Positions 25,217-35,384 of a DNA stretch of 53,939 nt are shown piece after piece (the first letter of the stretch is position 1; the number at the start of each line of letters is the position of its first letter). The notes beneath the pieces are model-generated. The model was not told the origin of the DNA. It was given only the letters and a program-made list of their open reading frames with translations, and made no database searches. This DNA is from Candidatus Dojkabacteria bacterium (GTDB lineage Bacteria; Patescibacteriota; Dojkabacteria; J137), in assembly GCA_025993875.1 (NCBI GenBank), contig JAMQHH010000009.1, positions 1 to 53,939 of the forward strand, read 5' to 3'. The position numbers were made by a program, and so were the translations under genes.

Positions 25217-26134
25217 ATGCATACACCAGTCTTACTAAAAGAAATTATAGCATTGTTAAAGATCCGTGATGGAGATGTTATCTGCGATCTTACACTTGGA
25301 GGCGGAGGGCATTCAAAGGAGATACTTAACAGTCTAAAAAAAGGTTACTTAATTGTTTTTGATCAGGACAAAAGAGCTATCGATGAATTTGAGGATTGGC
25401 TGGAAAAAAACAAGTTTAGCAAAAAATCTAAGGGAGAGTTTGCAAAAGGTGGAGTTAAAGTAAAAACTATCTGTGATAACTTTGAAAACATAGATATTTA
25501 TGTTAAAAAAGCGGGCGCAAACAAGATTCTGGCAGATTTAGGATGGTCATCAGACCAGTTGGAAAGAATAGAAGGATTATCGTATTTGATTTCTAATTCT
25601 AAACTAGATCTAAGACTTGGATCTAACCTTGGTGTTAAGGGATCCGACCTTTTGAACATTTGGGATCAAAAAACCTTGGAAAGAATGTTTGGTGAGTATG
25701 CAGATTTTAATTTTTTTGAATCAAAAGCTTTAGCGAAAGCAGTAATCGAGAAGAGAAAAGCAAAGATGTTTGAAACAACTGACGATTACAAAAGTATTAT
25801 AAGCAAAGTTTTTGGAAATAAAATCAATAACAGTATATTTTCTAGAGCTTTTCAGGCTTTAAGAATTGCTGTAAACAATGAATTTAATATTTTAATAAAT
25901 CTTATGAAAAAATCCACAGAAGTCCTTGCAAAAGATGGGATATTTTTAGTTTTAACCTTCCATTCGGGAGAAGAGAAAAAAGTTAAAGCATTTATTGATT
26001 CGCAGGTAAAAAAAGGAAAGGTAGATTATATTTTAGGCAAGAACAAAGATAAATTTATAAGGCCATCGCTTTCGGAGGTAAAGCAAAATATAAGAGCAAG
26101 AAGCTCAAAGCTTTATGGATTTGTAAAGAAGTAA
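25217..26134 (+). CDS. rsmH: 16S rRNA m4C1402 methyltransferase RsmH
   Basis: MHTPVLLKE, DLTLGGGGHS, DLGWSSDQL, FQALRIAVNNE, FHSGE and RARSSKL. Confidence 0.95.
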   Translation: MHTPVLLKEIIALLKIRDGDVICDLTLGGGGHSKEILNSLKKGYLIVFDQDKRAIDEFEDWLEKNKFSKKSKGEFAKGGVKVKTICDNFENIDIYVKKAGANKILADLGWSSDQLERIEGLSYLISNSKLDLRLGSNLGVKGSDLLNIWDQKTLERMFGEYADFNFFESKALAKAVIEKRKAKMFETTDDYKSIISKVFGNKINNSIFSRAFQALRIAVNNEFNILINLMKKSTEVLAKDGIFLVLTFHSGEEKKVKAFIDSQVKKGKVDYILGKNKDKFIRPSLSEVKQNIRARSSKLYGFVKK

Positions 26135-26159
26135 AACACTAGCATTTAATTATAAGCAA

Positions 26160-26474
26160 ATGAAAGAACCCAAAAGAAAAATTAACCTAAAAAATTTAAA
26201 TTCTAAACTGCTCGTTTTTAATGCAGTTGTATTAGCTGCTTTTTTTGCAGTACAAATGATAATAACTGTTACAATGGGTACAAAAACACAAGAAATATCA
26301 GTATTGCGTGAGCAAAAAAATGATTACAGACTTAAAAACGAAATTCTTATTTCGGAAATTGAAAAGGCTCGTTCGTCCCTAAATCAAAAGGAAATCAGTG
26401 AAAAGTATGGTCTCGAAACAAAAACTTTATATTACCTCGAAGAAATTAATCCCGAGGCAGTAGCACAGGATTAA
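26160..26474 (+). CDS. ftsL: FtsL-like cell division protein
   Basis: Single TM plus coiled coil, in the canonical position between rsmH and ftsI. Confidence 0.55.
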   Translation: MKEPKRKINLKNLNSKLLVFNAVVLAAFFAVQMIITVTMGTKTQEISVLREQKNDYRLKNEILISEIEKARSSLNQKEISEKYGLETKTLYYLEEINPEAVAQD

Positions 26475-26505
26475 AAATAAACGGTAACTACAAAGAAGTA
26501 TTAAT

Positions 26506-28260
26506 ATGAATAAAAGCTTAAGAATTTTGTACACAATAGCTTTCTCCTTTGCAGTTATACTGCTTTTTTTTTGCATTAGATGGCAGGGAGTGGAAGCATC
26601 CAAATTTAGCTTAATCGCTAAGGGAAGAATTTTTAGCTCGACAATCGACTCCATTAGAGGAGCAATATATTCTTCGGACGGCTCTGTTTTAGCTTACTCC
26701 GAACCTAGATTTGATATGTTTGTTTGGATGGACGATCTGGTTTTTTTAGAAAACTCCGGAGTTCAAACCAGGGAGGAATTTTTAGGTAAAATTGCTCCAA
26801 TAATTGGATTATCTACTTCAGAACTTTCTAAAAAAATTTCTAGTAATTTTGCTCAAAATATCAGGTGGATTCCTATTGCCCAAAATCTTACTCACGAGCA
26901 ATGGGAAAAACTAACCAATCTAAAAACCGATAAAAATAGCATCGATCTTAGAGGAATCAGTTTTCAATACACCTCAACAAGAATTTATCCCGAAAAAAGA
27001 CTAGGATCACACGTAATCGGTCTTACAAATAAAGAAGACGACAAGTTTATTGGAGTTTCGGGGTTGGAACTTTATTGGTCGGATATATTAAATCCCATAA
27101 AGGGTCTTGCTATTCAGGAGAAAGATGCAAGAGGGGGTGCAATTACCGCTGCGCTGCTACCTACAATTGAACCTAAATCGGGGAGTTCAGTTTATACCTC
27201 AATTAACAAAGCTGTTCAGAAAGTTATAGAAGACCAGCTAAAAAAAGGAGTTGAAAAATTTGGAGCAAAATCGGGGACAACTGTTGTAATGGATCCTAAA
27301 ACCGGCGAAATTATTGCCTTAGCAAATTATCCTGACTACGATCCCAATAATAGAAACGAAAAAGACAGCACAGTATTCGGAAATATTGCAGTTACTGCGC
27401 CATACGAAACCGGATCGACAGGAAAAGCGCTAACAGTTTCGGCAGCTGTGGAACTAGGTGTTGTGACACCCGATACAATAATGCCGTCTCATAATGGGTG
27501 CGAAAAAATCCATAACGATTTAGAACCGCTTTGCACATGGGACAAAATGCCGCAGCCGGAAATGACTGTTAGAGATTGTTTTGCAAAATCCGACAATATC
27601 TGTTTTTATAGAATTTCAGAGAAGATGCAAAAACAAGACTTTTATAGATACCTTGATAACTTTGGGGTTGGTAAACCTTCAGGGATAGACCTTAAAGAAG
27701 AGTCTATAGGTATTCTAAGAGAACCAAACGAGTGGACTCTTGGCGATGTTGCAGCATTTTCTTATGGTCATGGATACCAGTTAAATGCTATACAGTCAAT
27801 TGATGCTTATTCTGCACTAGCCAATAAGGGAGTACGCATGAAACCTTACATCGTAACTAAAATTGTTGAATCCGACCAGGAGGAAAAAATATTCTCGCCG
27901 CAACCCGTTGTAAGGGTTATAGAGGAAAAAACCGCCGAAATAGTAAATGAAATGATGAGATATAATTATGCCTTAAGTATAAGATCGTGGGAATGGTACT
28001 ACAGTCATCTAAGAGAATACGACATCGGAACAAAAACCGGAACAGCTTTAATTGTAGGGCCAGACGGCAGCTACACAAACGAAATTAACTCTACACAAAT
28101 AGGCTATGATCTTTCGGATAAAAGAACCTTTGTTATGTTTATCAGACTCGAAAGACCTAGTGGATCGGATATAGAAAGGCTTTCCTCAAATAATGTTCGA
28201 ATTGTATGGCTTGAAACTTTTAACGCTATCAAAGATTTAATTGGTGTGCCTAGAAGATAA
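26506..28260 (+). CDS. ftsI: Class B penicillin-binding protein (FtsI/PBP2 type)
   Basis: RGAIYSSDG dimerisation domain, MDPKTGEIIALANYP, and catalytic motifs STGK, SDN and KTG. Confidence 0.9.
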   Translation: MNKSLRILYTIAFSFAVILLFFCIRWQGVEASKFSLIAKGRIFSSTIDSIRGAIYSSDGSVLAYSEPRFDMFVWMDDLVFLENSGVQTREEFLGKIAPIIGLSTSELSKKISSNFAQNIRWIPIAQNLTHEQWEKLTNLKTDKNSIDLRGISFQYTSTRIYPEKRLGSHVIGLTNKEDDKFIGVSGLELYWSDILNPIKGLAIQEKDARGGAITAALLPTIEPKSGSSVYTSINKAVQKVIEDQLKKGVEKFGAKSGTTVVMDPKTGEIIALANYPDYDPNNRNEKDSTVFGNIAVTAPYETGSTGKALTVSAAVELGVVTPDTIMPSHNGCEKIHNDLEPLCTWDKMPQPEMTVRDCFAKSDNICFYRISEKMQKQDFYRYLDNFGVGKPSGIDLKEESIGILREPNEWTLGDVAAFSYGHGYQLNAIQSIDAYSALANKGVRMKPYIVTKIVESDQEEKIFSPQPVVRVIEEKTAEIVNEMMRYNYALSIRSWEWYYSHLREYDIGTKTGTALIVGPDGSYTNEINSTQIGYDLSDKRTFVMFIRLERPSGSDIERLSSNNVRIVWLETFNAIKDLIGVPRR

Positions 28261-28346
28261 ACAATTGATATTGCTCCCTATTTAAAAAGTTTTTCAAAGA
28301 ATTAATGCTATAATAGTACTAAGATAACTTTAGTTGTATTTATTAT

Positions 28347-29171
28347 ATGAAATTATCGCCAGTTTTTAAAACAATAATGCTTTTTGGAGTTTTAACAGCC
28401 CTATTTGTAAGTTTAGGTTATATTCTTAATGGCATAAGTGGAGCAGTATTCTTTTTAGGGTTTTCTTTAATATCAAGTTTTTTTGGTTACTGGTTTAGTG
28501 ACAGATTGGCATTAATGATGAGCGGCGCCAGGCCTTTAATCGAGGAAGAAGTTCCTGAATTTTTTAGAGACGTGAAAGCTTTAGCCGAAAAAATGGGGTT
28601 ACCTATGCCCCGACTTTACACTACCGACGATTTACAAGCTAACGCATTTGCAACAGGAAGAAACCCATCCAACAGCGTTGTATGTGTTACACAAGGTTTA
28701 CTAAGACTTTTAAGTGCAGAAGAGGTGCAGGCAGTTGTCGCACATGAGCTTGCACATATAAAAAATAGAGATGTTTTAATTGCGACAATTGCAGCAGTAA
28801 TTGCTGGAGCTGTTTCTTCTTTGGCGCAAATTGGAATATTTTTTGGAGGAAGAGATGAAAACAGAAATCCCGTAGCAGAAATACTTATGGTAATATTTGC
28901 TCCCATTGCAGCACTTTTAATTCAACTGGCTATTTCCCGATCAAGAGAATTTGTTGCAGATTCGGTTGCAGCGCAGTATTTAGGTTCGGGGAAAGTATTG
29001 GCAAATGCTCTCACAAAGATTTCCGAAACAAGCAGACAATATCCTTCACCAAACGTTAATCCCGCATTATCATCACTTTACATCTCTAATCCGTTTAGAA
29101 ATGGAGGGATACTCACTTTATTGTCTACACATCCACCTGTAGAGGAACGGATAAAGAGGCTTATTGGATAG
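28347..29171 (+). CDS. htpX: Zinc metalloprotease HtpX (M48)
   Basis: NAFATGRNP, HELAH, ISRSREFVAD and STHPPVEERI. Extended -10 TGCTATAAT at 28306..28314. Confidence 0.95.
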   Translation: MKLSPVFKTIMLFGVLTALFVSLGYILNGISGAVFFLGFSLISSFFGYWFSDRLALMMSGARPLIEEEVPEFFRDVKALAEKMGLPMPRLYTTDDLQANAFATGRNPSNSVVCVTQGLLRLLSAEEVQAVVAHELAHIKNRDVLIATIAAVIAGAVSSLAQIGIFFGGRDENRNPVAEILMVIFAPIAALLIQLAISRSREFVADSVAAQYLGSGKVLANALTKISETSRQYPSPNVNPALSSLYISNPFRNGGILTLLSTHPPVEERIKRLIG

Positions 29172-29482
29172 TAAAATAGATAAAATTGACTTCGACTCTT
29201 TAGTAAGATCGGAATGTCTCGTGACTTAATTATTATTGTGGTAAGACCGACTTTCTCTGACTGTAGCCTGCATGGCAGTAGAGACAGTGCAGACAGTGAG
29301 TTCGCACAAAGCTACATTTTTTCACCTAGTTGTTCAGCCAACTTCGCGATGCGGGTTAAAATCGAGCGCCATTCGAGTGCCTCAGGGATACACTATTATA
29401 GATAAATGTAGTGGCGAGATCGAACAAAGGTGATTCTAGTATCCTTGTCGCTAAACGCTGCATTTAATTACTGTGATCAATC

Positions 29483-30043
29483 TTACTTTCCTTGTAAAGC
29501 TAAGAGATAGTCTCTTAAATTTTCCAAAGCAATTTTACGCATAGAGATTTTGTCTTTTTCTAGAGAATCCATCTCTGCAAATGTTTTAGAAAACCCATCC
29601 GGAATAAATATTGGATCCCACCCAAAACCGTTTTGCCCGCTTTCTTTTATAGAAATCGTTCCGGTTATTGTACCAATAAAGGTAGAGATCTTTCCAGTAG
29701 AATCAACATAGCTAATTGCTGTAATGGCTTTGGCTACTCTGCTAGAATACCCATCTAAAAGTTTTAGTAAGCCGGCATTACCAATTGATTTACAGAAATC
29801 ATTAATATATGTTCCCGGAAGACCGTTTAAAGCTGAAAATTCCAATGCAGAGTCTTCAACAAAAAGTGGTTTTTGAATTTTTGCAAAATACTGGCTGGCT
29901 TTATTTTCGACGACACTTTTTATATTGAGGGATTGAATTTCTAAAACTTCGGGTAGCTCTAATCCCTCAATTTGCATTTTTAAAATTCTTTTGGCCTCTT
30001 CAACTTTATTTTTATTAGTTGTGGCGAAGATAACGCGACTCAT
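29483..30043 (-). CDS. rdgB: Non-canonical purine NTP pyrophosphatase (RdgB/HAM1)
   Basis: FATTNKNK, EDSAL..LNGLPG, GFGWDPIF and KISMR. Start placed at ATG 30043. Confidence 0.93.
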   Translation of the reverse strand: MSRVIFATTNKNKVEEAKRILKMQIEGLELPEVLEIQSLNIKSVVENKASQYFAKIQKPLFVEDSALEFSALNGLPGTYINDFCKSIGNAGLLKLLDGYSSRVAKAITAISYVDSTGKISTFIGTITGTISIKESGQNGFGWDPIFIPDGFSKTFAEMDSLEKDKISMRKIALENLRDYLLALQGK

Positions 30044-30258
30044 AGTTTTAAGTGTAAAAGTATAATTAAAAGTAATTATATAGCCTGCAACTGTCAAATT
30101 CCAGCTGATGGTTTAAATTTTTTGTTTCAAAAAGATCATTAATAAAGAAACGATCATCTAAATTTCAAAGGCCTTCAGTTTATTACTCTATAAAAACAAC
30201 AACTTTACAGTTTAAAGAAGTTTTTTTATCTTTGTTTTATACTTTATTTTTAGCTTAC

Positions 30259-30286
30259 TTGCATACTGCTACAATAATGCTATTAT
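30259..30286 (+). promoter_or_regulatory. Promoter of the IMPDH/GMPR-like gene
   Basis: TTGCAT-16-TATTAT with an extended TG. Confidence 0.45.
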
Positions 30287-30333
30287 AGTTCTATACTCAT
30301 CTTTAAAACATCCATAATCTTTTATCACTTTAT

Positions 30334-31851
30334 ATGAAAAACAAAAAAACAAATTTAGAGTTTTTAGCTAAGGATTTTGAAGAGTTACGTGACAATGTTT
30401 CAGGCCAGGCAAAAATTAAAACAGCTTTAAAGGAGCTTGAGGATAATGATCCCGAATATCTTGGGAAATGGTACAAGCTTAGTAAAGATTACAAACATGT
30501 TTATCCTAGCCAGGGATTGTTAACAACCCCCTTTGATTTCTTAGAGTACAAGTCGAAGCAACTTTTACCTTCCGAGAAACTTTTTCAAACTTTAAGATTA
30601 AGAAGATTTTTTCTTGAACTTTTTAACCATCCTTATCGCATACATTATTTAAGTGCGGTCGAAAATTCAAAGTTTGTTGCTCCCCCTAAAATAGATTCCA
30701 AGCTAATAGATAACACTCAAAGAAAAGGGCTTTCCCTTTCGATAGGGGATATTGGCGCAACAGTAATCGGGTCAAACAATGAAAGAATTCGTAGAACAGA
30801 AAGATATGCTCAGGGACCGTTTGTAAAGCTCGGCAAACACGCCAGAACAATTTTTGTTGGGTCCGAACAGCCAGATGTATGGAACTCAGCTCCAGCACTT
30901 TCGACCATGGCAGCCTCTCACTGCATTGCCTGCGCTCCAAGAAACGGTATTATGACACAGATAAAAAGACAATGCGATCTTGTAAAAGAAAGTCTTACCT
31001 GGCTTAACGATTTAGCAAACGAAGTGCTAGAGCATAGAGAGGATAAAAAAGAAGTTTTAAAAATTTGGCGAAATAATATTTTTGGGGCAGTAGAGGCAGA
31101 TCCCGAAAAAGCTCTTGCCAGGGGTGAAGCTCTTATAAAGGCTGGTGTAAAAGGATTAAGGGTCTATTCTCCGGAACCGGGAACAGGTACTGTTAAAACA
31201 GTACAAAGACTTAAAAAAGAATTTGGCAACGATATTGAAATTTTTGCGGGGCAGGTAGTAGATACCTTCCAGGCAAGAGAACTTGAGGACGCAGGGGCAG
31301 ATGCTTTGTATGTTGGCATTGGCGGAGGGGGAAGGTGTATTACAGGAGTTAGGAGCGGAAGCGCAATAGACTGGCCTGATCTTTTATGGAATTTGAGAGG
31401 CACAATCTCTATTCCGGTTATTGTGCAGGGAGGTGCAAGTGAACACATTGCAATAACCCTACTGCTTGGCGCAACAGGAATAGGTGTTAGCAGAGTTGTT
31501 TCGGGTGGGACAATAGAATCTCCCGGTGGTGCACACTACTGCATAGATAGTTCCAACACTTTATTTAAGCCATATGGAGGAGAGGCTTCGGCAAGAACAA
31601 AGTATTTAGAGAAAAAACTTTTACCTTTCGATATTCCTTCGTTTGTAGAAGGCGAAACAACAAAAGCAAAAATGAGCTACGTAAAATATACTGAACCTAC
31701 TCTTACATACAATTTACATACTCTAATAGAAGATTCGATACTAGCTTTAGTATTTAGAGGTGCAAAATCGGTTTCAGAGTTACATAGCATTAACCCATCA
31801 CCTTTAAGGCGAATTACTAATATTGGCGCTTTTCAGCAGGATGTACATTAA
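30334..31851 (+). CDS. Divergent IMP dehydrogenase/GMP reductase family protein
   Basis: SAPALSTM, AGQVVD..ARELEDAGADALYVGIGGGGRCIT (catalytic-Cys loop), IVQGG, YGGEAS and VEGET. It has a long N-terminal extension and no CBS pair. Confidence 0.75.
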   Translation: MKNKKTNLEFLAKDFEELRDNVSGQAKIKTALKELEDNDPEYLGKWYKLSKDYKHVYPSQGLLTTPFDFLEYKSKQLLPSEKLFQTLRLRRFFLELFNHPYRIHYLSAVENSKFVAPPKIDSKLIDNTQRKGLSLSIGDIGATVIGSNNERIRRTERYAQGPFVKLGKHARTIFVGSEQPDVWNSAPALSTMAASHCIACAPRNGIMTQIKRQCDLVKESLTWLNDLANEVLEHREDKKEVLKIWRNNIFGAVEADPEKALARGEALIKAGVKGLRVYSPEPGTGTVKTVQRLKKEFGNDIEIFAGQVVDTFQARELEDAGADALYVGIGGGGRCITGVRSGSAIDWPDLLWNLRGTISIPVIVQGGASEHIAITLLLGATGIGVSRVVSGGTIESPGGAHYCIDSSNTLFKPYGGEASARTKYLEKKLLPFDIPSFVEGETTKAKMSYVKYTEPTLTYNLHTLIEDSILALVFRGAKSVSELHSINPSPLRRITNIGAFQQDVH

Positions 31852-32377
31852 ACTTTTTTAATGCAAAAACACCTAGAAAAACTATCGGAATAAATATTAT
31901 TGTGCCGGTAAGCTGCGGTCTTAAAAAGGGTAAAGCATTTATGTAGCTTTGAACAAGACCTTCGAATGTTTTTGCATACATATCTGTGGTTAAAACTACC
32001 CCAAAATTTGTCCATAGATAAAAAAATAGAGTGCTTAAAATTCCAACAAATTGAAGAGTTAAAATTTTAGAACTTGTCTTACTTCCTAAAGAAACTTTTT
32101 GGGCAATCATACCAAACATTGGTGTAACTAAAAAAGCACTCCAAGTATATAGAAATATCATCGTATTACCTATTAAAATATCAGTTATAGAGATAATCAA
32201 AAAAGGAACAATCCAGGAAAATCTTTTGTTAGTAAAAAAGTACCCGGCTGCAATCGAAATTGCGGTTACAATTTCTACGTTTTCTCCAAAATGAAACAAA
32301 GTTCTGGATAATATTCCGACAGTTAAAAACGCTACAATCAATTTAGTTTCAAATTTGTTTAATTTTAAATTAGTCAT
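31817..32377 (-). CDS. ECF-type S-component-like membrane protein (DUF6580/BtuM-like), probable cobalamin transporter
   Basis: About 5-6 TMs with LSRTLFHF, FYLWTNFGV and YINALPFLR; lies downstream of a B12 riboswitch. Confidence 0.7.
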   Translation of the reverse strand: MTNLKLNKFETKLIVAFLTVGILSRTLFHFGENVEIVTAISIAAGYFFTNKRFSWIVPFLIISITDILIGNTMIFLYTWSAFLVTPMFGMIAQKVSLGSKTSSKILTLQFVGILSTLFFYLWTNFGVVLTTDMYAKTFEGLVQSYINALPFLRPQLTGTIIFIPIVFLGVFALKKFNVHPAEKRQY

Positions 32378-32392
32378 GTATTGTTTTATTTA

Positions 32393-32815
32393 TTAATTTA
32401 AATTAATTTGCGTAAGAATAAATTTAATAGTATCTCCAGGATTTACCGTTTGCTCTGATATTCCAAGCTGAGCCATTTCGGAATTTATATACAATGCCCA
32501 AAACTCAGTATCTTTTGCCTCAACACCGTTGATTGTTGTTATTAATTTGCCAAAGCTGTATTCCTTTGTCTCGAACGAAAATGTATTGTTCTCCTCTGCA
32601 AGTTTTGTAATAACATCTAAAACATTTTGAGTCGAACTTTGAAAAATACTAAAATTTAAATTTGTGTCTAAGGATTCTACAACGATTGTCGATTTTAACT
32701 GAGTAACTTCGGCAATAGGTTTATTGTTTAAATTCTGCGACACAATTAATATTCCCCCAACCGGAAGTATTAAAATAGCAGTTAAGATTACTAATAATTT
32801 TAATGGATTTTTCAT
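32393..32815 (-). CDS. Membrane-anchored DUF4430 (transcobalamin C-terminal-like) protein
   Basis: FGKLITTINGV..FWALYIN..QLGISEQTVNPGDTIKF. Confidence 0.8.
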   Translation of the reverse strand: MKNPLKLLVILTAILILPVGGILIVSQNLNNKPIAEVTQLKSTIVVESLDTNLNFSIFQSSTQNVLDVITKLAEENNTFSFETKEYSFGKLITTINGVEAKDTEFWALYINSEMAQLGISEQTVNPGDTIKFILTQINLN

Positions 32816-32835
32816 TAAAAAAATTTGTAAAAATT

Positions 32836-32855
32836 AAAAAACCTCCGAGAGGAGG
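32836..32855 (-). terminator. Intrinsic terminator (riboswitch expression platform)
   Basis: CCTCC-TCTC-GGAGG followed by TTTTTT on the minus strand, between the aptamer and the first gene. Confidence 0.8.
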
Positions 32856-32886
32856 CAAAAGATCCTGCTCGGGTATGTTATTTTCA

Positions 32887-32956
32887 AACCAGGATCGGAC
32901 TTTACCGTTGCGGCACAGTACGGGAATTGCATTAAGCTCACCCGACTTCACTGGTT
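32887..32956 (-). ncRNA. Cobalamin riboswitch (short, class II-like)
   Basis: AACCAG..GAAGTCGGGTG..AATTCCCGTACTGTGCCGCAACGGTAAAGTCCGATCCTGGTT carries the B12-box-like core with P1 AACCAG/CTGGTT. Downstream genes fit B12 uptake. Confidence 0.85.
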
Positions 32957-33000
32957 AAAACACTTTACAACTTATTCTATCTTTTAACAAGAAAAAATTC

Positions 33001-33786
33001 TTACTCCATTCCCCAGCTTATGGATAAGCTTACACTTATCTCTAATTCACCTGTTGCCAGAGCCGTAGAGGATTCTGCAGTTCCGGCTGCTTTATCGAGG
33101 GCATAATTTAACATTGGGGTTGAGTTATAATAACTATCGTACGAATTATCTGTAATTGCTATTGGGGTAAGCAATTTGACCCCGCTCAAACTTGCCAGTT
33201 CTACAGCCTTTTGTTTTGCTTTAGAAAATGCCAAATCTCTAGCCTCGGTAAAATAATTTGATTTATCTTCTATATCAAAAGTAATTCCTGAGAATTGTAT
33301 TTTTTCTATTTCGGCAAGTTGGTCTATAATTGTGGTTACTTTTGTAGCCTTTGCATCAATACCTTTTACCTTTACCTCAAGACCGGAGGATGCAGTTTGA
33401 CCAATTACCTTTCTTTCTGAGCTGCTCCAATCGTATTCTGTATAGATTGAAAGCTGAGTTGTAGTGATATCCGAAGCATCAATACCTGCTAAGGTAAGCA
33501 TATCGAGTGCCGAATTAATTTTTGTATTAACATTTTCTAATGCTTCTTTACTTGTTGCTGCAGTTTCTGAAAATGAAAAGGTAATAACTGCCATATCGGG
33601 CGTTGCATAAACTTTTCCATCTCCATTTGCCGAGATGCTATTTAAAACTCGACCTGTAGAATCGGTTGTTCCAAGATTTCTAATCGAAAAACCAGTGTTA
33701 GAAATTACAAACGCACCCGCCAATAGCCCTATTGCAATAATAACAGCAATAACAACAAGATGAATATTTTCGTTGATTTTTTTCAT
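33001..33786 (-). CDS. SIMPL (DUF541) domain protein
   Basis: N-terminal TM; GDGKVYATPDMA, EARDLAFSKAKQKAVELASLSGVKL and GELEISVSL. Confidence 0.85.
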   Translation of the reverse strand: MKKINENIHLVVIAVIIAIGLLAGAFVISNTGFSIRNLGTTDSTGRVLNSISANGDGKVYATPDMAVITFSFSETAATSKEALENVNTKINSALDMLTLAGIDASDITTTQLSIYTEYDWSSSERKVIGQTASSGLEVKVKGIDAKATKVTTIIDQLAEIEKIQFSGITFDIEDKSNYFTEARDLAFSKAKQKAVELASLSGVKLLTPIAITDNSYDSYYNSTPMLNYALDKAAGTAESSTALATGELEISVSLSISWGME

Positions 33787-33904
33787 AAATATAATATAAC
33801 AGCTAAAAATTAAACTCCCTATCTATAAAGTATAAAGATATAAATACTAACTTGCAAGAGCTTTGAGCAAAATTAAATCTTAAATGATGTTGGGTGAAAT
33901 AATC

Positions 33905-34543
33905 TTAAAAAATTCCCAGAACAATTTTGTCGATCTCATCGATTGCAAGTGAGCCGTTTTCGGCCATTATTTTTATAGGAAAATGTGCAACATCTAAAAA
34001 GAAGTTTCCAAGGCACAAAGTATTATTATCGCATACCGATCCCACTACATAACTCCAAACTGCAGATCCATGTTCTTTGTAACGAATAATACCTCTTTCT
34101 AAAACTTTGTATTCAAATTGCTCGGATGAAATTCCTAAAACCTCCCTTTTGGGATATAACAGATTGGCAGAAATAGTAAGCTTTGCATCTTTTTTTATTA
34201 GGGTAAACTGATACCCATTTTCCCTGTTTGTCGGATAATCGTTTATGCCATCGGCTAAAATTTTTGTTTCGATAGTAGGCTCCCAGCCTAAAGGTATTGG
34301 TAACTCCAGTCCGAGCCCGAAATCCTTAAGAGTGGTTATAATTTCGTTGTTACTAAATGGCCTATTTTTCTTTTTTTCGGTCAAAAGCATTAGATTTGTT
34401 TCGTTGTATTTATCTCTAAGTGAAGTGAGAGATATTGACAGGTAGTTGTTTTGAGCAATAAGGTCTAAAGATTTATAAATAAGCACAAAAGAAGAAACGA
34501 CCGAAAACGCCAAAACTCCTACAATAATAGCTCTTTTTTTCAT
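33905..34543 (-). CDS. Hypothetical membrane-anchored protein
   Basis: N-terminal TM, short coiled coil, then a soluble domain. Confidence 0.65.
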   Translation of the reverse strand: MKKRAIIVGVLAFSVVSSFVLIYKSLDLIAQNNYLSISLTSLRDKYNETNLMLLTEKKKNRPFSNNEIITTLKDFGLGLELPIPLGWEPTIETKILADGINDYPTNRENGYQFTLIKKDAKLTISANLLYPKREVLGISSEQFEYKVLERGIIRYKEHGSAVWSYVVGSVCDNNTLCLGNFFLDVAHFPIKIMAENGSLAIDEIDKIVLGIF

Positions 34544-34549
34544 AATGTT

Positions 34550-35170
34550 TTATTCTAATGTATAGCTTCCTACTGTTACTAGTCCAAACCTGTCTAAAGG
34601 CCAAAACCTAAGAATAACTTTTCCTTTTATCCAAGATCTATCAATAAAACCTATCTCCTCATAACGTGAATCGTTACTAACTGGCCTGTTATCCCCTGCT
34701 ACAAAATAAAACCCCGGTGGTACAGTTTTTCCCTCTCCCCCGTCTTCTAAAAAGCTACCTCCCCCTGTACTCATTGTAGAGGGAATGTAATCTTCCTGTA
34801 ACTCTTTTCCATCTATAAAAAATTTGCCGTTTCTAATCGAAATTCTTTCGCCCGGGATAGCTATAATTCTTTTTATAAACTCTTTGTACCCGGGTTTTTG
34901 TAAAATAACAACATCTCCCCTGGCATATTCAAGTCCTAAAGATTTTCCAAAGGATGTATTCCCAACCCATGCCGAAAAGCGGTTTGTAAGTACAAGCTCA
35001 CCGTTTAAAAAATTATTGTTCATCGAGGGACCATCTACCTGATTTGGAGTAATCACAAAAAGATACAATAAAATTGCGATTGAAAATATTATTACAATAG
35101 TCTGCAAAACGTTTATCCACCTATTTGCTTTAGGTTTTGGCTGCTCCTCCAAAAATGGGTTATTTTCCAT
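34550..35170 (-). CDS. lepB: Signal peptidase I
   Basis: VDGPSM (Ser), FIKRIIAIPGE (Lys) and GDNRPVSNDSR. Confidence 0.93.
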   Translation of the reverse strand: MENNPFLEEQPKPKANRWINVLQTIVIIFSIAILLYLFVITPNQVDGPSMNNNFLNGELVLTNRFSAWVGNTSFGKSLGLEYARGDVVILQKPGYKEFIKRIIAIPGERISIRNGKFFIDGKELQEDYIPSTMSTGGGSFLEDGGEGKTVPPGFYFVAGDNRPVSNDSRYEEIGFIDRSWIKGKVILRFWPLDRFGLVTVGSYTLE

Positions 35171-35384
35171 TAAAAAGTTTTTAATTTAATTTCTACAAAC
35201 TTAGTAAAGTTTATTCCAGAAAAAAAAGTATTGCAAGAAAACAAAAAAACTTTGTAAAAAAATGTTTGGAAATAGCTTATTACAGTTACACCGCATACCT
35301 AGCACCCTGCAGGTAATATAAGGCAACAAAACCCAAACAGCAGTTTACTTTGAGTGGCGCCCTGGTGCTAGAGTTTTGGGATTT

